From the NCBI GenBank assembly GCA_023248995.1, contig JAHFDN010000011.1:2676-66675 (forward strand): a DNA stretch of 64,000 nt, read 5' to 3'. The position numbers were made by a program, and so were the translations under genes. The stretch is from Candidatus Rokuibacteriota bacterium. GTDB lineage: Bacteria; Methylomirabilota; Methylomirabilia; Rokubacteriales; CSP1-6. Each line of letters begins with the position of its first letter. The first letter of the stretch is position 1. Positions 1-9,574 of the stretch are shown here, in pieces. A model generated the notes under the pieces. It was not told where the DNA came from, did not search any database, and saw nothing but the letters and a program-made list of their open reading frames with translations.

Positions 1-53
1 CGCGCGCCCGGGTCAAGGGCCAGGAGACCGTCGATCGGGTCGGGCGAGGCCAT
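1..53 (-). CDS. 5' end of an unidentified CDS that runs off the left edge (MASPDPIDGLLALDPGA...)
   Basis: ATG at 53..51 lies 3 nt after the stop of the upstream minus-strand gene. The frame stays open to position 1. Too short to identify. Confidence 0.25.
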   Translation of the reverse strand, partial: MASPDPIDGLLALDPGA

Positions 54-56
54 CGC

Positions 57-557
57 CTACTTGGTCGCGGGAGGGGGAGCGGACTGGGGAAGGGTGAAGT
101 ACATGGAGCGGGCATCCTCCCCCGCGTCGTCGAAGTAGACGACCAGCCCGACGCTGTAGAAAAAGAACGTCCGGCCCTCGTCCGTCCCCACGCGGTCCGG
201 CCTCCCCCACCCATCGAGCACCGCCACGCGGCTGAAGACACGGCGGTGCGGCACCACGACGAAATCCCGGACGAGCTCCGGGCGGTATCCCCCGGGCCCC
301 AGGAGGCCGAAGTGCACGGTCACCCGCGTCACGCCCGACGGCGCCTTCACGCCCTCGTAGACCCACTGGGTCGTGTCGTAGCCCTCCAACTTCTCGCGGA
401 GCTCCTTCGACGGCGGCCCGTAGCGCCCGCGGACATCGTCGATGGTGCTGGTCCCCGGGGTCATCCCCCCCCAGCTTTCCGCCTGGACGCCGGCGGGAGC
501 CCCGAGGACGAGAGCGAGCGCCAGCGCGCCCCGGAGGATCGCACGCCCCGACACCAT
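57..557 (-). CDS. small exported protein of unknown function (166 aa)
   Basis: Internal ATG of track ORF 57..1652. The N-terminus MVSGRAILRGALALALVLGAPAGVQAE looks like a signal peptide. The ATG overlaps the ggt TGA by 1 nt (TGATG). The rest of the 531-aa ORF is out-of-frame shadow over ggt. Confidence 0.55.
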   Translation of the reverse strand: MVSGRAILRGALALALVLGAPAGVQAESWGGMTPGTSTIDDVRGRYGPPSKELREKLEGYDTTQWVYEGVKAPSGVTRVTVHFGLLGPGGYRPELVRDFVVVPHRRVFSRVAVLDGWGRPDRVGTDEGRTFFFYSVGLVVYFDDAGEDARSMYFTLPQSAPPPATK

Positions 558-2155
558 CAGTACCCGAGGGCGGCGCCGTCGCCCCGCGGATCCGCCCCTC
601 CCATGAGCGTGCCGCTCTGGATCACGATCCCGTGGCCGTGCCCCATCTGCTGGTAAAAGTCGGCCACGGCCTCGACCCGGTGGCCGCGACGCTCGAGCCC
701 TGCCTGCGCGCGTCGGCCCACTCGCCCTTCGATCTTCAGGACGTCGGCGGGCTCGCCGGGCTTGAAGCCACCCATCAAGAAGCGCGGGCGCTCGATCGCC
801 TCCTGGATCTCCATGCCGAAGTCCAGGACGTTGGTCAGCACCTGCATGTGAAACTGGGCCTGCCCCTCGGCGCCCATCGTCGCGAACCCCATCACCGGCT
901 GCTCCTCCCGCGTCACGATGGCGGCGATCAGCGTGTGGAACGAGCGCTTGCGCGGCCCGAAGCAGTTGGGGTGGGCGGGGTCGGTGCTGAAATAGGAGCC
1001 GCGGTTCTGGAGGACCACGCCCGTCCCCTCCGGCACCACGCCCGAGCCGAAGGCGAAGAAGAGGCTCTGGATCACGCTGATCATGTTGCCGCGGCCGTCG
1101 GCGATGACGAAGCCGGTGGTGTCGCCCGTCGGATCGCCCCACCGGTAGCTCTGGGCCTTTTTCGGATCGAAGGACTTGCGGCGCCGGGCCGCGTAGGCTT
1201 TGGCGAGGAGCCCCTCGACGGGCACCCCTGACTGCGTCGGGTCGGCGATCCAGCGGTCCCGGTCCGCGTAGGCGAGCTTGCCGATCTCGACCAAGAGGTG
1301 CAGGTGCTCGGCCGAGTGGACAGGGAGCCGGGCAACGTCCCAGCCTTCCAGGAGGTTGAGCGCCAGGAGGGCGGCGAGCCCCTGGGTGGGCGGCGGGGTC
1401 TCGTGCACCGTGAAGCCGCGGTAGTCCGTGGTGATCGCCTCGCCCCACTCGCCGGAGTGGGCCGCCAGATCGTCGGCGGTCACGAAGCCGTCGGCCTCGA
1501 GCCGGCCGGCGATCGCCCGGGCGATGGGCCCCCGGTAGAAGAGGTCCGGCCCTTCCTCTCCGAGTGCCTTGAGCGTCCGCGCCAGGTCCGGCTGCCTCAG
1601 GAGTTCCCCGGGGACGGGAACCCGCCGCGAGGGCGCGAAGATCCGCCGCCATTCGGGCTCCTGGATGACGGAGAGCCGCTCCGCCGTCGCCTGGCTCACG
1701 AGGCGCGTGGTCGGGAAGCCGGACTCCGCGTAATGGATGGCCGGCGCCAAGAGGTCCTCAAGCGGCCGCGTCCCGAACCGCTCGAGGAGCATGCCCCAGG
1801 CCCTGACGCAGCCCGGGACCGAGACGGCTCCCGGTCCGATCGTCGGCACCTGGCGGAGCTTCCGGCGGCGCAGCTCAGGGAGCGAGGCCCGCGAGCCGGA
1901 GCGCCCGGCGCCGTTCAGAAAGTGCACGCGCCGGGTGGCCGCCTCGTAGTAGAGGCAGAAGAAGTCCCCGCCCACCCCGCAACAGTAGGGCTGGGTCACG
2001 TTGAGCACCGCGTTCACGGCCACGGCCGCGTCGGCCAGGGTGCCGCCGCTTTTCAGGACCTCGACCCCCGTCAGGGTGGCGAGCGGGTGCGCGGAGGCGA
2101 CCATGCCCTCCCGTCCGAGCGCCACCGGCCGGTGCGCGTAGCCGATGTCAGCCAT
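557..2155 (-). CDS. ggt: gamma-glutamyltransferase
   Basis: 532-aa ORF with the GGT family pattern: N-terminal GMVASAHPLAT, autoprocessing/catalytic Thr context GDTTGFVIADGRGNMIS, and GSGVVPEGTGVVLQNRG. Confidence 0.85.
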   Translation of the reverse strand: MADIGYAHRPVALGREGMVASAHPLATLTGVEVLKSGGTLADAAVAVNAVLNVTQPYCCGVGGDFFCLYYEAATRRVHFLNGAGRSGSRASLPELRRRKLRQVPTIGPGAVSVPGCVRAWGMLLERFGTRPLEDLLAPAIHYAESGFPTTRLVSQATAERLSVIQEPEWRRIFAPSRRVPVPGELLRQPDLARTLKALGEEGPDLFYRGPIARAIAGRLEADGFVTADDLAAHSGEWGEAITTDYRGFTVHETPPPTQGLAALLALNLLEGWDVARLPVHSAEHLHLLVEIGKLAYADRDRWIADPTQSGVPVEGLLAKAYAARRRKSFDPKKAQSYRWGDPTGDTTGFVIADGRGNMISVIQSLFFAFGSGVVPEGTGVVLQNRGSYFSTDPAHPNCFGPRKRSFHTLIAAIVTREEQPVMGFATMGAEGQAQFHMQVLTNVLDFGMEIQEAIERPRFLMGGFKPGEPADVLKIEGRVGRRAQAGLERRGHRVEAVADFYQQMGHGHGIVIQSGTLMGGADPRGDGAALGY

Positions 2156-3175
2156 TCAGGATCCTCCGAAGAGCTTGGTGATCTCGTCCTGGGCGAACGT
2201 GGGCATCGGCCGGGCCCGGCCGCCTTCCACGAGCGTCACGCCCTCGCGTTCGGGCACCACCTGTCCGATGAAGGCGCAGTCGATCCCCTCCCGCGCGCAA
2301 GCGTGGAGGACCAGGGCGGCGTCGGCGGGAGCCAGCGCCAGGAGCAGGGCGCCCGACGCGATCGTCCCCAAGGGATCCAAGCCGAACTCCCGGCAGAGGC
2401 GCTCGCCCTCGGGGAGGAGCGGGATGCGCTCCCGCTCGACGCGGAGCCCCACCTCCGAGGCCCGGGCCATTTCGGTGAGCGCCGTCGCGATCCCGCCCTC
2501 CGTCGGATCGTGCATCGAGTGCACCGGCGCCAGCTCGGCGGCCAGCATCGCTTCCGGCACGACGCTGATCCCGGGCCGGTGGAGGAAATCCCGGGCCCGT
2601 CGGATGAGCGACGGAAGGAGCCCGCGCCGGACCAGCTCGGCCTCCTTCTCCCGGGCGATGATCGCCGCGCCCTCCAGGGGGACGCCCTTCGTCAGGAGCA
2701 GCATGTCGCCCACCCGCGCGCCCCGGGTGGTCACGAGCCTGTCCCGGGCCACTTCCCCCAGCATGGTCCCCACGACGATGGGGCGGTCGAGCCCGTGGGT
2801 CACCTCCGTGTGCCCACCCACGAGCGCGACCTCCATCTCCGCGCACGCCTGGCCGATCTGGGAGAAGATCTGCTCGACTAGGGCATCGGTCGTCGCCCGT
2901 TCGGGAAGGAGCAGCGTGGCAAGGAACCAGCGCGGCCGGGCGCCACGGACCGCCAGGTCGTTGGCGTTGACCTGGAGCGCGTACCAGCCGATCTCGTCTG
3001 TGACGAAGGTGATGGGGTCGGTCGTCGCGACGAGGTACCGATCGCCCATCTCGATGACGGCGGCATCCTCGCCGATCTTCGGCCCGACCACGACCCGCGC
3101 GTCGCCCGGCGCGAATTTCTCGAACAGCCGCTCGAGGACGTCGGCGCGAAGTTTCCCCACGGGGAGGTTCGGCAT
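2156..3175 (-). CDS. AIR synthase-related protein (PurM/ThiL/HypE fold)
   Basis: 339-aa ORF with GEDAAVIEMGDRYLVATTDPITF and a typical PurM-like N-domain. Abuts ggt with no gap. Confidence 0.75.
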   Translation of the reverse strand: MPNLPVGKLRADVLERLFEKFAPGDARVVVGPKIGEDAAVIEMGDRYLVATTDPITFVTDEIGWYALQVNANDLAVRGARPRWFLATLLLPERATTDALVEQIFSQIGQACAEMEVALVGGHTEVTHGLDRPIVVGTMLGEVARDRLVTTRGARVGDMLLLTKGVPLEGAAIIAREKEAELVRRGLLPSLIRRARDFLHRPGISVVPEAMLAAELAPVHSMHDPTEGGIATALTEMARASEVGLRVERERIPLLPEGERLCREFGLDPLGTIASGALLLALAPADAALVLHACAREGIDCAFIGQVVPEREGVTLVEGGRARPMPTFAQDEITKLFGGS

Positions 3176-3237
3176 GGCCCAATCAGTATAGGGTGGGCCA
3201 GGAAGGAGGGCAAGAACCGCGGGCGGGTGAAGCTTGC

Positions 3238-3969
3238 TTACCGGTTGAGCGCGACGGTCGGGGTGTTGCTGTTCTCTCTCCCGAGGTCGAGGCTGACCTG
3301 TCTGCCGTCCTCCACGCTGAGCCTCAGATCCCAGAGGCGCTGGCCCCCGGCCGCACCGATCAGGCGATACGAGCCGGGCGGCAACCGCTCAAACCGGTAG
3401 GACTCTCCCAGGCGGGCGTGCGCCTTGAACCGCTTGCCTTCCGCGAGCCCGTTCTGCCCCGCGAGGAGGATGTGGGCAACCGGCACGGGGCGGTTCGGGT
3501 CGAGCGCGCCCCACGCCACCTTCCCCGTCACGACCGCCTTGTCCCCCGTCGCGCGCACGGGCTCCGCCGCGATGGTGAACGTCACCGGGGGGACCAGCGC
3601 TCCCGCGCTCACGAGCCACCGCCGGGCGACCTGCACTTCCTCGGAGTCGGGCCGGCCGTGCCGCACCACGTGCTGGAACACGTCCTCGGTCGCCTTGCGC
3701 TGGTCCAGATGGCTCAGCGTCACGCCCAGGGCATACCAGAGCGCCACGTTTTCGGGCGCGTCCTGGATGGCCTGATGGTAGAGAGCCCACGCCCCCTCGT
3801 AGTCGCCCCGCGCGGCAAGCGCCTCTGCCTCGTGGCCGGGACTCAGGCGCGAGGGCTCGAGGCGCGGTTCAATCGGTATCGCCCCGCCGCCCCGGAAGAC
3901 GAAGATCACCAGGATCAGGGCGACCCAGAGCGAGGACGCCGCGAACATGAAGCCGCGCGATTTCAGCAT
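3238..3969 (-). CDS. membrane-anchored TPR plus carboxypeptidase-regulatory-like (prealbumin-fold) protein, paralog A
   Basis: Internal ATG at 3969 of track ORF 3238..4209. Has a single N-terminal TM helix (LWVALILVIFVFRGGGAIPIEP), TPR-like helices (ALAARGDYEGAWALYHQAIQ...) and a beta-rich C-terminus (YRFERLPPGSYRL). Clear paralog of 5439..6194. Confidence 0.6.
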   Translation of the reverse strand: MLKSRGFMFAASSLWVALILVIFVFRGGGAIPIEPRLEPSRLSPGHEAEALAARGDYEGAWALYHQAIQDAPENVALWYALGVTLSHLDQRKATEDVFQHVVRHGRPDSEEVQVARRWLVSAGALVPPVTFTIAAEPVRATGDKAVVTGKVAWGALDPNRPVPVAHILLAGQNGLAEGKRFKAHARLGESYRFERLPPGSYRLIGAAGGQRLWDLRLSVEDGRQVSLDLGRENSNTPTVALNR

Positions 3970-3980
3970 GGTGACCTCTC

Positions 3981-5246
3981 CTACAGTTCCCGCCAGCTCG
4001 TCAGCCTGAAGAGCCGGCGCATGTTCCGGAGATTGTTGATCGCCTGGCAGCTGTAGAGGATCTTGGGATTCCCCGCGGCATCGACCTCGACCTCGGCGTT
4101 GGCCGACTGGGTCTCGTTGACGACAACGCCGCCGTAGATGGTCTGGTTGCCGCCTCCGCCGTACCTGAGCCCCACGTACTGCCCCGTGACGAGGATGATC
4201 CCCTCCCATCGGAAGTCGCCCGTGATGGAGAGGTCCCCATCCTCGATGATCAGAATCCCCGCGCCCGTGGAGTTCCCGCTGATGCTCAGGGCGTAATAGG
4301 CTTGGGCCGGGTCCACGGTCCCGCTCACATAGACGATCCTCGGGTTTGACCGGGTCCCCCAGCAGTTGGCATCGTTCGGGTTCGTCCCGCAGCTGTCCCC
4401 AAGGTTGGTCAGGCTCAAGCGGCTCGAGCCGCTGGCCTGGAGAGACATGTCGGCGTACGGCTTCACCGCGTTGACAAACTTGGCGATCGCGGCCGGGGTG
4501 AGAGTCGGGTCCGGCGCGATGGTGTTGTCGCCCCAGCCGGCCCCGGCAGACTGCGGTTTCCCGGTGACGTTATCCTTCTGCTGGGGACTCAAGCTCCCCT
4601 GCACCGCCGTCTCCGTCGCCACGTCCGCGGTGCCGATTCCCGAGACGGAGGAGGCGCACGTCCCCGGGATGCCGGCCCCGGGGCTGTCGTCCAGATTGGT
4701 GTCGTTGCCGCTGATCGTGAAAGAGTTTCCAGAGAAGATGGTATTGTTCCCCACACCGGGAAGGTTCAGGGCTCCGGGAGCAAGCAGGTTGGAGTGCGTG
4801 ACGACCTGCTGGATCTGGCGGGTCACGCCGTTGTAGGAGCCCGCCGAGGTAAGGATGACCACCTCATTGGTGTCGGTCACGGGACCGCCCGGATCGACCG
4901 GCTGGCCCGTGATCTGAGTGTCGCCCGCCTGATCATCGTTCCGGACGGTGACCGAAAAAGTGCCGAACGACCCGGCGAGGCCGGGGAGCGCCATGTTGGT
5001 CGCCATCTGGCCGTTGTTGGTCGCCAGCACATTGCTCCAGTTCTGATTGAGGACAAGCTGATCGAAGGCCCACTCGATCCCCCCGTCGGCTGCGTAGCGC
5101 GCGCGGGTGGTATCGCTCAGGTTGCTGGAGACCTGGGGCTCCGTCCCTGACATGGAGACGAAGACGAGGAGGGCGACGACCAACACCAGCAGCACGAACA
5201 GACCCAATGGAAGGGCCACCCCGTGCTGGTCTTTGAAGGCGCGCAT
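3981..5246 (-). CDS. PilX N-terminal domain-containing pilus-assembly-like protein
   Basis: 421 aa. The N-terminus MRAFKDQHGVALPLGLFVLLVLVVALLVFVSMSG plus TTRARYAADGGIEWAF resembles PilX_N. The remainder is Gly/Asn/Thr-rich and beta-rich. The C-terminus (GILIIEDGDLSITGDFRWEGIILVTG...YGGVVV) is typical of large PilX-like proteins. Confidence 0.6.
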   Translation of the reverse strand: MRAFKDQHGVALPLGLFVLLVLVVALLVFVSMSGTEPQVSSNLSDTTRARYAADGGIEWAFDQLVLNQNWSNVLATNNGQMATNMALPGLAGSFGTFSVTVRNDDQAGDTQITGQPVDPGGPVTDTNEVVILTSAGSYNGVTRQIQQVVTHSNLLAPGALNLPGVGNNTIFSGNSFTISGNDTNLDDSPGAGIPGTCASSVSGIGTADVATETAVQGSLSPQQKDNVTGKPQSAGAGWGDNTIAPDPTLTPAAIAKFVNAVKPYADMSLQASGSSRLSLTNLGDSCGTNPNDANCWGTRSNPRIVYVSGTVDPAQAYYALSISGNSTGAGILIIEDGDLSITGDFRWEGIILVTGQYVGLRYGGGGNQTIYGGVVVNETQSANAEVEVDAAGNPKILYSCQAINNLRNMRRLFRLTSWREL

Positions 5247-5269
5247 GACACCGTCCCTACACGATTGCC

Positions 5270-5285
5270 AGCAACTTTGCTGCCA
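5270..5285 (-). promoter_or_regulatory. sigma-54 (-24/-12) promoter upstream of the PilX-like gene
   Basis: The minus strand reads TGGCAG-caaag-TTGCT, against the consensus TGGCAC-N5-TTGCW. The -12 element ends 23 nt before the ATG at 5246. Confidence 0.6.
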
Positions 5286-5438
5286 GCCGGGGGGAAAGCG
5301 GAAACCTCTTGAAATTGCGTCTAAACCGGTGGACCCGCCCAGGACGGCCGTTGAGGCGGGTGTCCGGGAGCCGGACAGCCCGGCCCCTCTGGCGTCAGGG
5401 AGCGAACATTGTAGTTCCCTGCGTGTGGTGATAGCCGC

Positions 5439-6194
5439 CTACTTTTCGGCGATACGGTTCGCCGCGGTCAGGTCGAGTACCGTGTCCGTTCCCGCCTCCA
5501 CCGTCACCCTCTCTTCCCAGAGCTTGCTCTCCGACCGGTATGCGGTCAGCAGGTACTTGCCCGCCGGAACCTTGTCGAAGCTGTAAGGCTCCCCCGGTTT
5601 CACGGTCGTCTCGAGCGTCACTTCCTGTTTCCCCGGGTCCTCTCCCCGGAGGAGGATCCTGACCGGCGTCGACTCTTCCTGGGAGTCCGCTCCCCTCCCC
5701 TCGGTCTTCCCCTTGAGCCGGCCCGACGCCGCCTGGCCCTCTTCGGTAGCCAGCCTCGTGCTCGTGCCGAATCTCACCGGCTCTCCCAGCACGCCCGCCC
5801 TCACGAGCCAGCGACGGGCCATCTGAACCTCCGGCGACGCGGGGTTGCCCCGGGTCACCACCCATTGGAACTGCCGCGCGGTCTCTTCCTGCCGGCCGAC
5901 GTACGAGAGCGCCGTGCCCAGGGCGAAGTGGAGAGCGACGGCGTCGGGTTCTCGCTCGACCGCCGACTGATACTTCGCGGCCGCCGCCCCATACTCGCCG
6001 CGAGCCGCCAGCGCATCCGCCTGCTGGATCAGGCTCGGGACCGAAAGCGCCTGGGGAGGCTCGATCGGCGTCGTCCCTCCGCCGCGAAACACGAAGATCA
6101 CCAGGAGCAGAGTGACCCACACGGCGGAAGCCATGAACATCAGGCGGCGGGACTCATCCAAGGAGCTCTTACGGGGAGTTCTACGCTTGCTCAT
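5439..6194 (-). CDS. membrane-anchored TPR plus carboxypeptidase-regulatory-like protein, paralog B
   Basis: 251 aa. Shares VWVTLLLVIFVFRGGGTTPIEP, ALAARGEYGAAAAKYQ, ARRWLVRAGVL and a beta-rich C-terminus (YSFDKVPAGKYLL) with paralog A. Confidence 0.6.
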   Translation of the reverse strand: MSKRRTPRKSSLDESRRLMFMASAVWVTLLLVIFVFRGGGTTPIEPPQALSVPSLIQQADALAARGEYGAAAAKYQSAVEREPDAVALHFALGTALSYVGRQEETARQFQWVVTRGNPASPEVQMARRWLVRAGVLGEPVRFGTSTRLATEEGQAASGRLKGKTEGRGADSQEESTPVRILLRGEDPGKQEVTLETTVKPGEPYSFDKVPAGKYLLTAYRSESKLWEERVTVEAGTDTVLDLTAANRIAEK

Positions 6195-6230
6195 CGCGAC
6201 ACCAACCTCCTACCCAGCTCCAACAGGCCA

Positions 6231-6246
6231 AGCAACGCGGCTGCCA
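6231..6246 (-). promoter_or_regulatory. sigma-54 (-24/-12) promoter upstream of paralog B
   Basis: The minus strand reads TGGCAG-ccgcg-TTGCT. A GGAGG Shine-Dalgarno and the ATG at 6194 follow. Confidence 0.6.
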
Positions 6247-6386
6247 GCCGGCCACGGGCCCAAACCTTTTGAAATGATTAAGAAGTGCTCCAGGTGGGCG
6301 GGCCCAATGCGTCAGAGAATCGGACAGGTCAGTTCAGACGTCGTCAGCGGGAAAACAGCGGAGGGGTCAGAGGGAGGGGCCCCGCG

Positions 6387-7280
6387 TCAGTCGAAACGGA
6401 GGAGCTTGAGGAGGTCGGCGGTCAGGTCGTAGAGCTGAGCGCACCCCGAGGAGCCGCCGATGAGCGCCCGGATGCGCCTCGGCAGCTCCCGATCGGCCGG
6501 CTGGCCGACCAACGAGGCGATCTGCCGCTGTGGCTCGTCGCAGATGCCCATGTAGGGAAGGCGCGGGGTTAGGGACTCCGCCCGGACGATGGTCCCCGTG
6601 TCGAGGTCAATCTCGTACCGGATCTCGAAGCCGTGGGACTGGTCGAACATGGAGTGATAGAGACGCAGCCGATTGTCGAGGAGCTCGAGACGCGCGGTCT
6701 TCTCCCGGCTGAAGACCCGCGCCTTGCCGGGCGGCGGGCAGTAGACCTCCAGCCCCATCGAGGTCGTGACGGGCCGGGTCCCGAAGAGCGCCCGACCCGC
6801 GTCGCTGTACGTGAAGCAGGAATCCGGCAGATCCACCCAGGAAGCGGCGTCGAGCTGCCAGCAAGCCCACGCATCCCCGCCCTCGGCGGCCCTGGCGCGC
6901 TCGGGGGGAAGCTTGGTGACCTGGCGGGCGAGGCGCGCGACCTCGATCGCCGCGGCGATCACGTGCCCGGAGCCGACCCGATTGGCCGTCACCTCGGCGA
7001 GGCGGCGGGCGAAGCCTGGGACCATCCGCGCGCCGGCGAGAGCGCCGAGCGCGGCCTCGAGCGCCGGATCGGCCGGTCCCCGGAGGATGAGCGCGCGCGC
7101 CTCCCGGATCTCGTAGCCCGGCGACGGCGTCACCACCGCTCGAACCTCGACGCCGAGGTCGTCGTCCTGAACCCGCGCGGTGAGGGTGAAGGTGTCGGCG
7201 TGGGTGTTGTCCACCCACGCTTCCACGACCCGCTCGTAGCGGGCCCGTCCCCGGAGGTACGGGGAGCCGACCCGGCTCAT
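6387..7280 (-). CDS. DUF2889 family protein (two DUF2889-like repeats)
   Basis: Internal ATG at 7280 of track ORF 6387..8474 ([11 protein letters not shown]...). The second repeat ends in [10 protein letters not shown]...[12 protein letters not shown], resembling the DUF2889 GCtHl motif. The start overlaps the copA stop as ATGA. Confidence 0.55.
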   Translation of the reverse strand: MSRVGSPYLRGRARYERVVEAWVDNTHADTFTLTARVQDDDLGVEVRAVVTPSPGYEIREARALILRGPADPALEAALGALAGARMVPGFARRLAEVTANRVGSGHVIAAAIEVARLARQVTKLPPERARAAEGGDAWACWQLDAASWVDLPDSCFTYSDAGRALFGTRPVTTSMGLEVYCPPPGKARVFSREKTARLELLDNRLRLYHSMFDQSHGFEIRYEIDLDTGTIVRAESLTPRLPYMGICDEPQRQIASLVGQPADRELPRRIRALIGGSSGCAQLYDLTADLLKLLRFD

Positions 7281-9574
7281 CGGGTCGCGTACGGTCCGGG
7301 ATTCCTGTCGAACGCCTCCTTGTCGGAGAGCGCGCGGGGACGGAACCGCTTGAGTCTCAAGCTGTTCGTCACCACTGAGACGGATGACAACGCCATCGCC
7401 GCACCGGCCAGGATCGGGGAGAGCAGGATACCCCAGACGGGGTAGAGGACGCCGGCGGCCACCGGAATCAGGATCACGTTGTAGCCAAACGCCCAGACGA
7501 GGTTCTCGCGGATGATCCGGATCGTCCTCCGGGAGAGCTGGATGGCCGTGACGATGCCGCGGAGGTCGCCTCGCATGAGGGTGACGTCCGCCGCCTCGAT
7601 AGCCACATCGGTCCCCGAGCCCATGGCGATGCCGACGTCGGCCTGGGCGAGCGCCGGGGCATCGTTGATGCCGTCCCCCACCATCGCAACGAGCCGCCCC
7701 TCCTCCTGGAGCCGCTTGATCTCGCGCGCCTTGTCCTCCGGGAGGACCTCGGCGAGCACCCGATCCACGCCCGCCTGCCGGGCGATCGCCTCGCCCGTCC
7801 GGCGGTTGTCCCCCGTGAGCACGACCACCTCGATCCCCATCGCGTGGAGCAGGGACACGGTCTGACGCGCCTCGGGCTTCAGGACGTCGGCCACGGCGAT
7901 GAGCCCGGCGACGCGGCCGTCGAGCCCCGCGTACATCACGGTCTTCCCTTCCTCCTCGAGCCGCCGCGCCGTCGCCTCGAGCTCTCCCACGGAAACGCCC
8001 TGCCCCGACAAGAGCCGGGCGTTGCCAAGGAGGAGCCGCTGGCCTCCCGCCCGCGCCTCGATCCCATGGCCGGGGACCGCCCGGAAATCCGTGACGGGCG
8101 GGAGCCCGAGTCCCCGCTCCTTGGCTCGCGCGACGGTCGCCTCGCCCAGCGGGTGCTCGGAGCCCTGCTCGGCGGCGGCGGCCAGGGCGAGGAGGTCGTC
8201 GGCGCTCATGCCGCCCGAAGGGATGATGTCCGTCACCACGGGGCGCCCGACGGTCAGCGTGCCGGTCTTGTCCAGGACGACCATCCGCGCTTTGTGCAGG
8301 AGCTCCAGCGCCACGGCGCTCTTGATGAGCACGCCGTGCTCGGCGCCCTTGCCCGTCCCCACCATGATGGCCGTGGGCGTGGCCAGGCCCATCGCGCACG
8401 GGCAGGCGATGACCAGCACCGCCACGAAGTTGGTCAGCCCGAAGAGAAACGCGGGCTGGGGGCCCCAGAGCCACCAGACCGCGAAGGTCAGCGCCGCCAC
8501 GGCGATGACGATCGGCACGAAGACCGCAGACACCCGATCCGCCAGTCGCTGGATCGGCGCCTTCGACCCCTGCGCCTCCTCCACCAGGCGGATGATCTGG
8601 GCGAGCACCGTGTCCTTCCCGACGCGCGTGGCGCGGAACGTGAAGCTCCCCATCCGGTTGACCGTGCCGCCGATCACGCGACTGTCTGGCCGCTTCTCGA
8701 CCGGGAGGCTCTCTCCCGTCAGCATGGATTCGTCCACGGCGGAGGCGCCCTCGACGACCTCCCCGTCCACGGCGATCCTCTCGCCGGGTCTGACGCGCAG
8801 GAGGTCGCCCGCCACGATGAGGGCGACGGGGATGTCCGTCTCCCTCCCGTCACGGAGCACCCGCGCCGTCTTGGGCGCCAGCGCCACGAGCCGCCGGATC
8901 GCGTCCGACGTGTGGCCCCGCGCGCGCGCTTCCAGCCAGCGCCCGAGGACGATCAGCGTCATGAGGACCGCCGCCGTGTCGTAGTAGGTCATTCCCCCGA
9001 GAGGCATGAACGTGTGGGGCCGGAGGGTCACCGCCACGCTGAAGATGTAGGCCGCGTTGGTGCCGATGGAGACCAGGCTGTTCATGCTGGCGGAGCGGTG
9101 GATGGTGTCGTTCCAGAAGCCGCGGTGGAACTGCCAGCCGACCCAGAACTGGACCGGCGCGGCGAGGACGAGCTGGACCCAGGGATTCCGGAAGGCCTCG
9201 GGGGCCCAGGGAAAGATCTGCGGGAAGCTCCCGAGCAGCACCGGAAGCGAGAGCGCGGCGCCGACGAGGAACTTCGCGCGGAGGAGCCGGTTCTCCCGCT
9301 CGCGCTCCTCGCGCTCTCGGTCGGGCGCTTCAACCTCCGTCGGGATCTCCTGCGGGATCTCGTACCCGGCGGCCCGGACGGCCCGACGGAGATCGTCCAC
9401 TGTCACGTTCCCCGCCTGAAGCCGCACCGTGGCCTTCTCCGCCGCGAGGTTCACGCTGGCTTCGACGACGCCAGGAATCCCGGCGAGGGCCGCCTCCACC
9501 TTGCTGACGCAGGAGGCGCAGTGCATCCCTTTGACGGGGAGCGTGAGCCGTTGTTCCTGACTGTCCGCGGTCAT
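7277..9574 (-). CDS. copA: copper-translocating P1B-type ATPase
   Basis: 765 aa. N-terminal HMA domain [17 protein letters not shown] motif [12 protein letters not shown], phosphorylation site DKTGTLT, and [10 protein letters not shown]. Confidence 0.9.
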   Translation of the reverse strand: MTADSQEQRLTLPVKGMHCASCVSKVEAALAGIPGVVEASVNLAAEKATVRLQAGNVTVDDLRRAVRAAGYEIPQEIPTEVEAPDREREERERENRLLRAKFLVGAALSLPVLLGSFPQIFPWAPEAFRNPWVQLVLAAPVQFWVGWQFHRGFWNDTIHRSASMNSLVSIGTNAAYIFSVAVTLRPHTFMPLGGMTYYDTAAVLMTLIVLGRWLEARARGHTSDAIRRLVALAPKTARVLRDGRETDIPVALIVAGDLLRVRPGERIAVDGEVVEGASAVDESMLTGESLPVEKRPDSRVIGGTVNRMGSFTFRATRVGKDTVLAQIIRLVEEAQGSKAPIQRLADRVSAVFVPIVIAVAALTFAVWWLWGPQPAFLFGLTNFVAVLVIACPCAMGLATPTAIMVGTGKGAEHGVLIKSAVALELLHKARMVVLDKTGTLTVGRPVVTDIIPSGGMSADDLLALAAAAEQGSEHPLGEATVARAKERGLGLPPVTDFRAVPGHGIEARAGGQRLLLGNARLLSGQGVSVGELEATARRLEEEGKTVMYAGLDGRVAGLIAVADVLKPEARQTVSLLHAMGIEVVVLTGDNRRTGEAIARQAGVDRVLAEVLPEDKAREIKRLQEEGRLVAMVGDGINDAPALAQADVGIAMGSGTDVAIEAADVTLMRGDLRGIVTAIQLSRRTIRIIRENLVWAFGYNVILIPVAAGVLYPVWGILLSPILAGAAMALSSVSVVTNSLRLKRFRPRALSDKEAFDRNPGPYATR

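Noticed and set aside
1298-2881. 527-aa plus-strand ORF, and similar ORFs at 2145..3191 and 2148..3182, overlapping ggt and the AIR-synthase-like gene
   Set aside because: They are antisense or out of frame to well-supported genes. Their products are low-complexity Arg/Pro/Gly/Asp-rich sequence with no motifs. These are typical high-GC shadow ORFs.
6387-8474. 695-aa ORF read as a single gene
   Set aside because: Only the last 297 codons (from ATG at 7280) look like real protein. The upstream part runs out of frame over copA and is Arg/Gly/Pro-rich.
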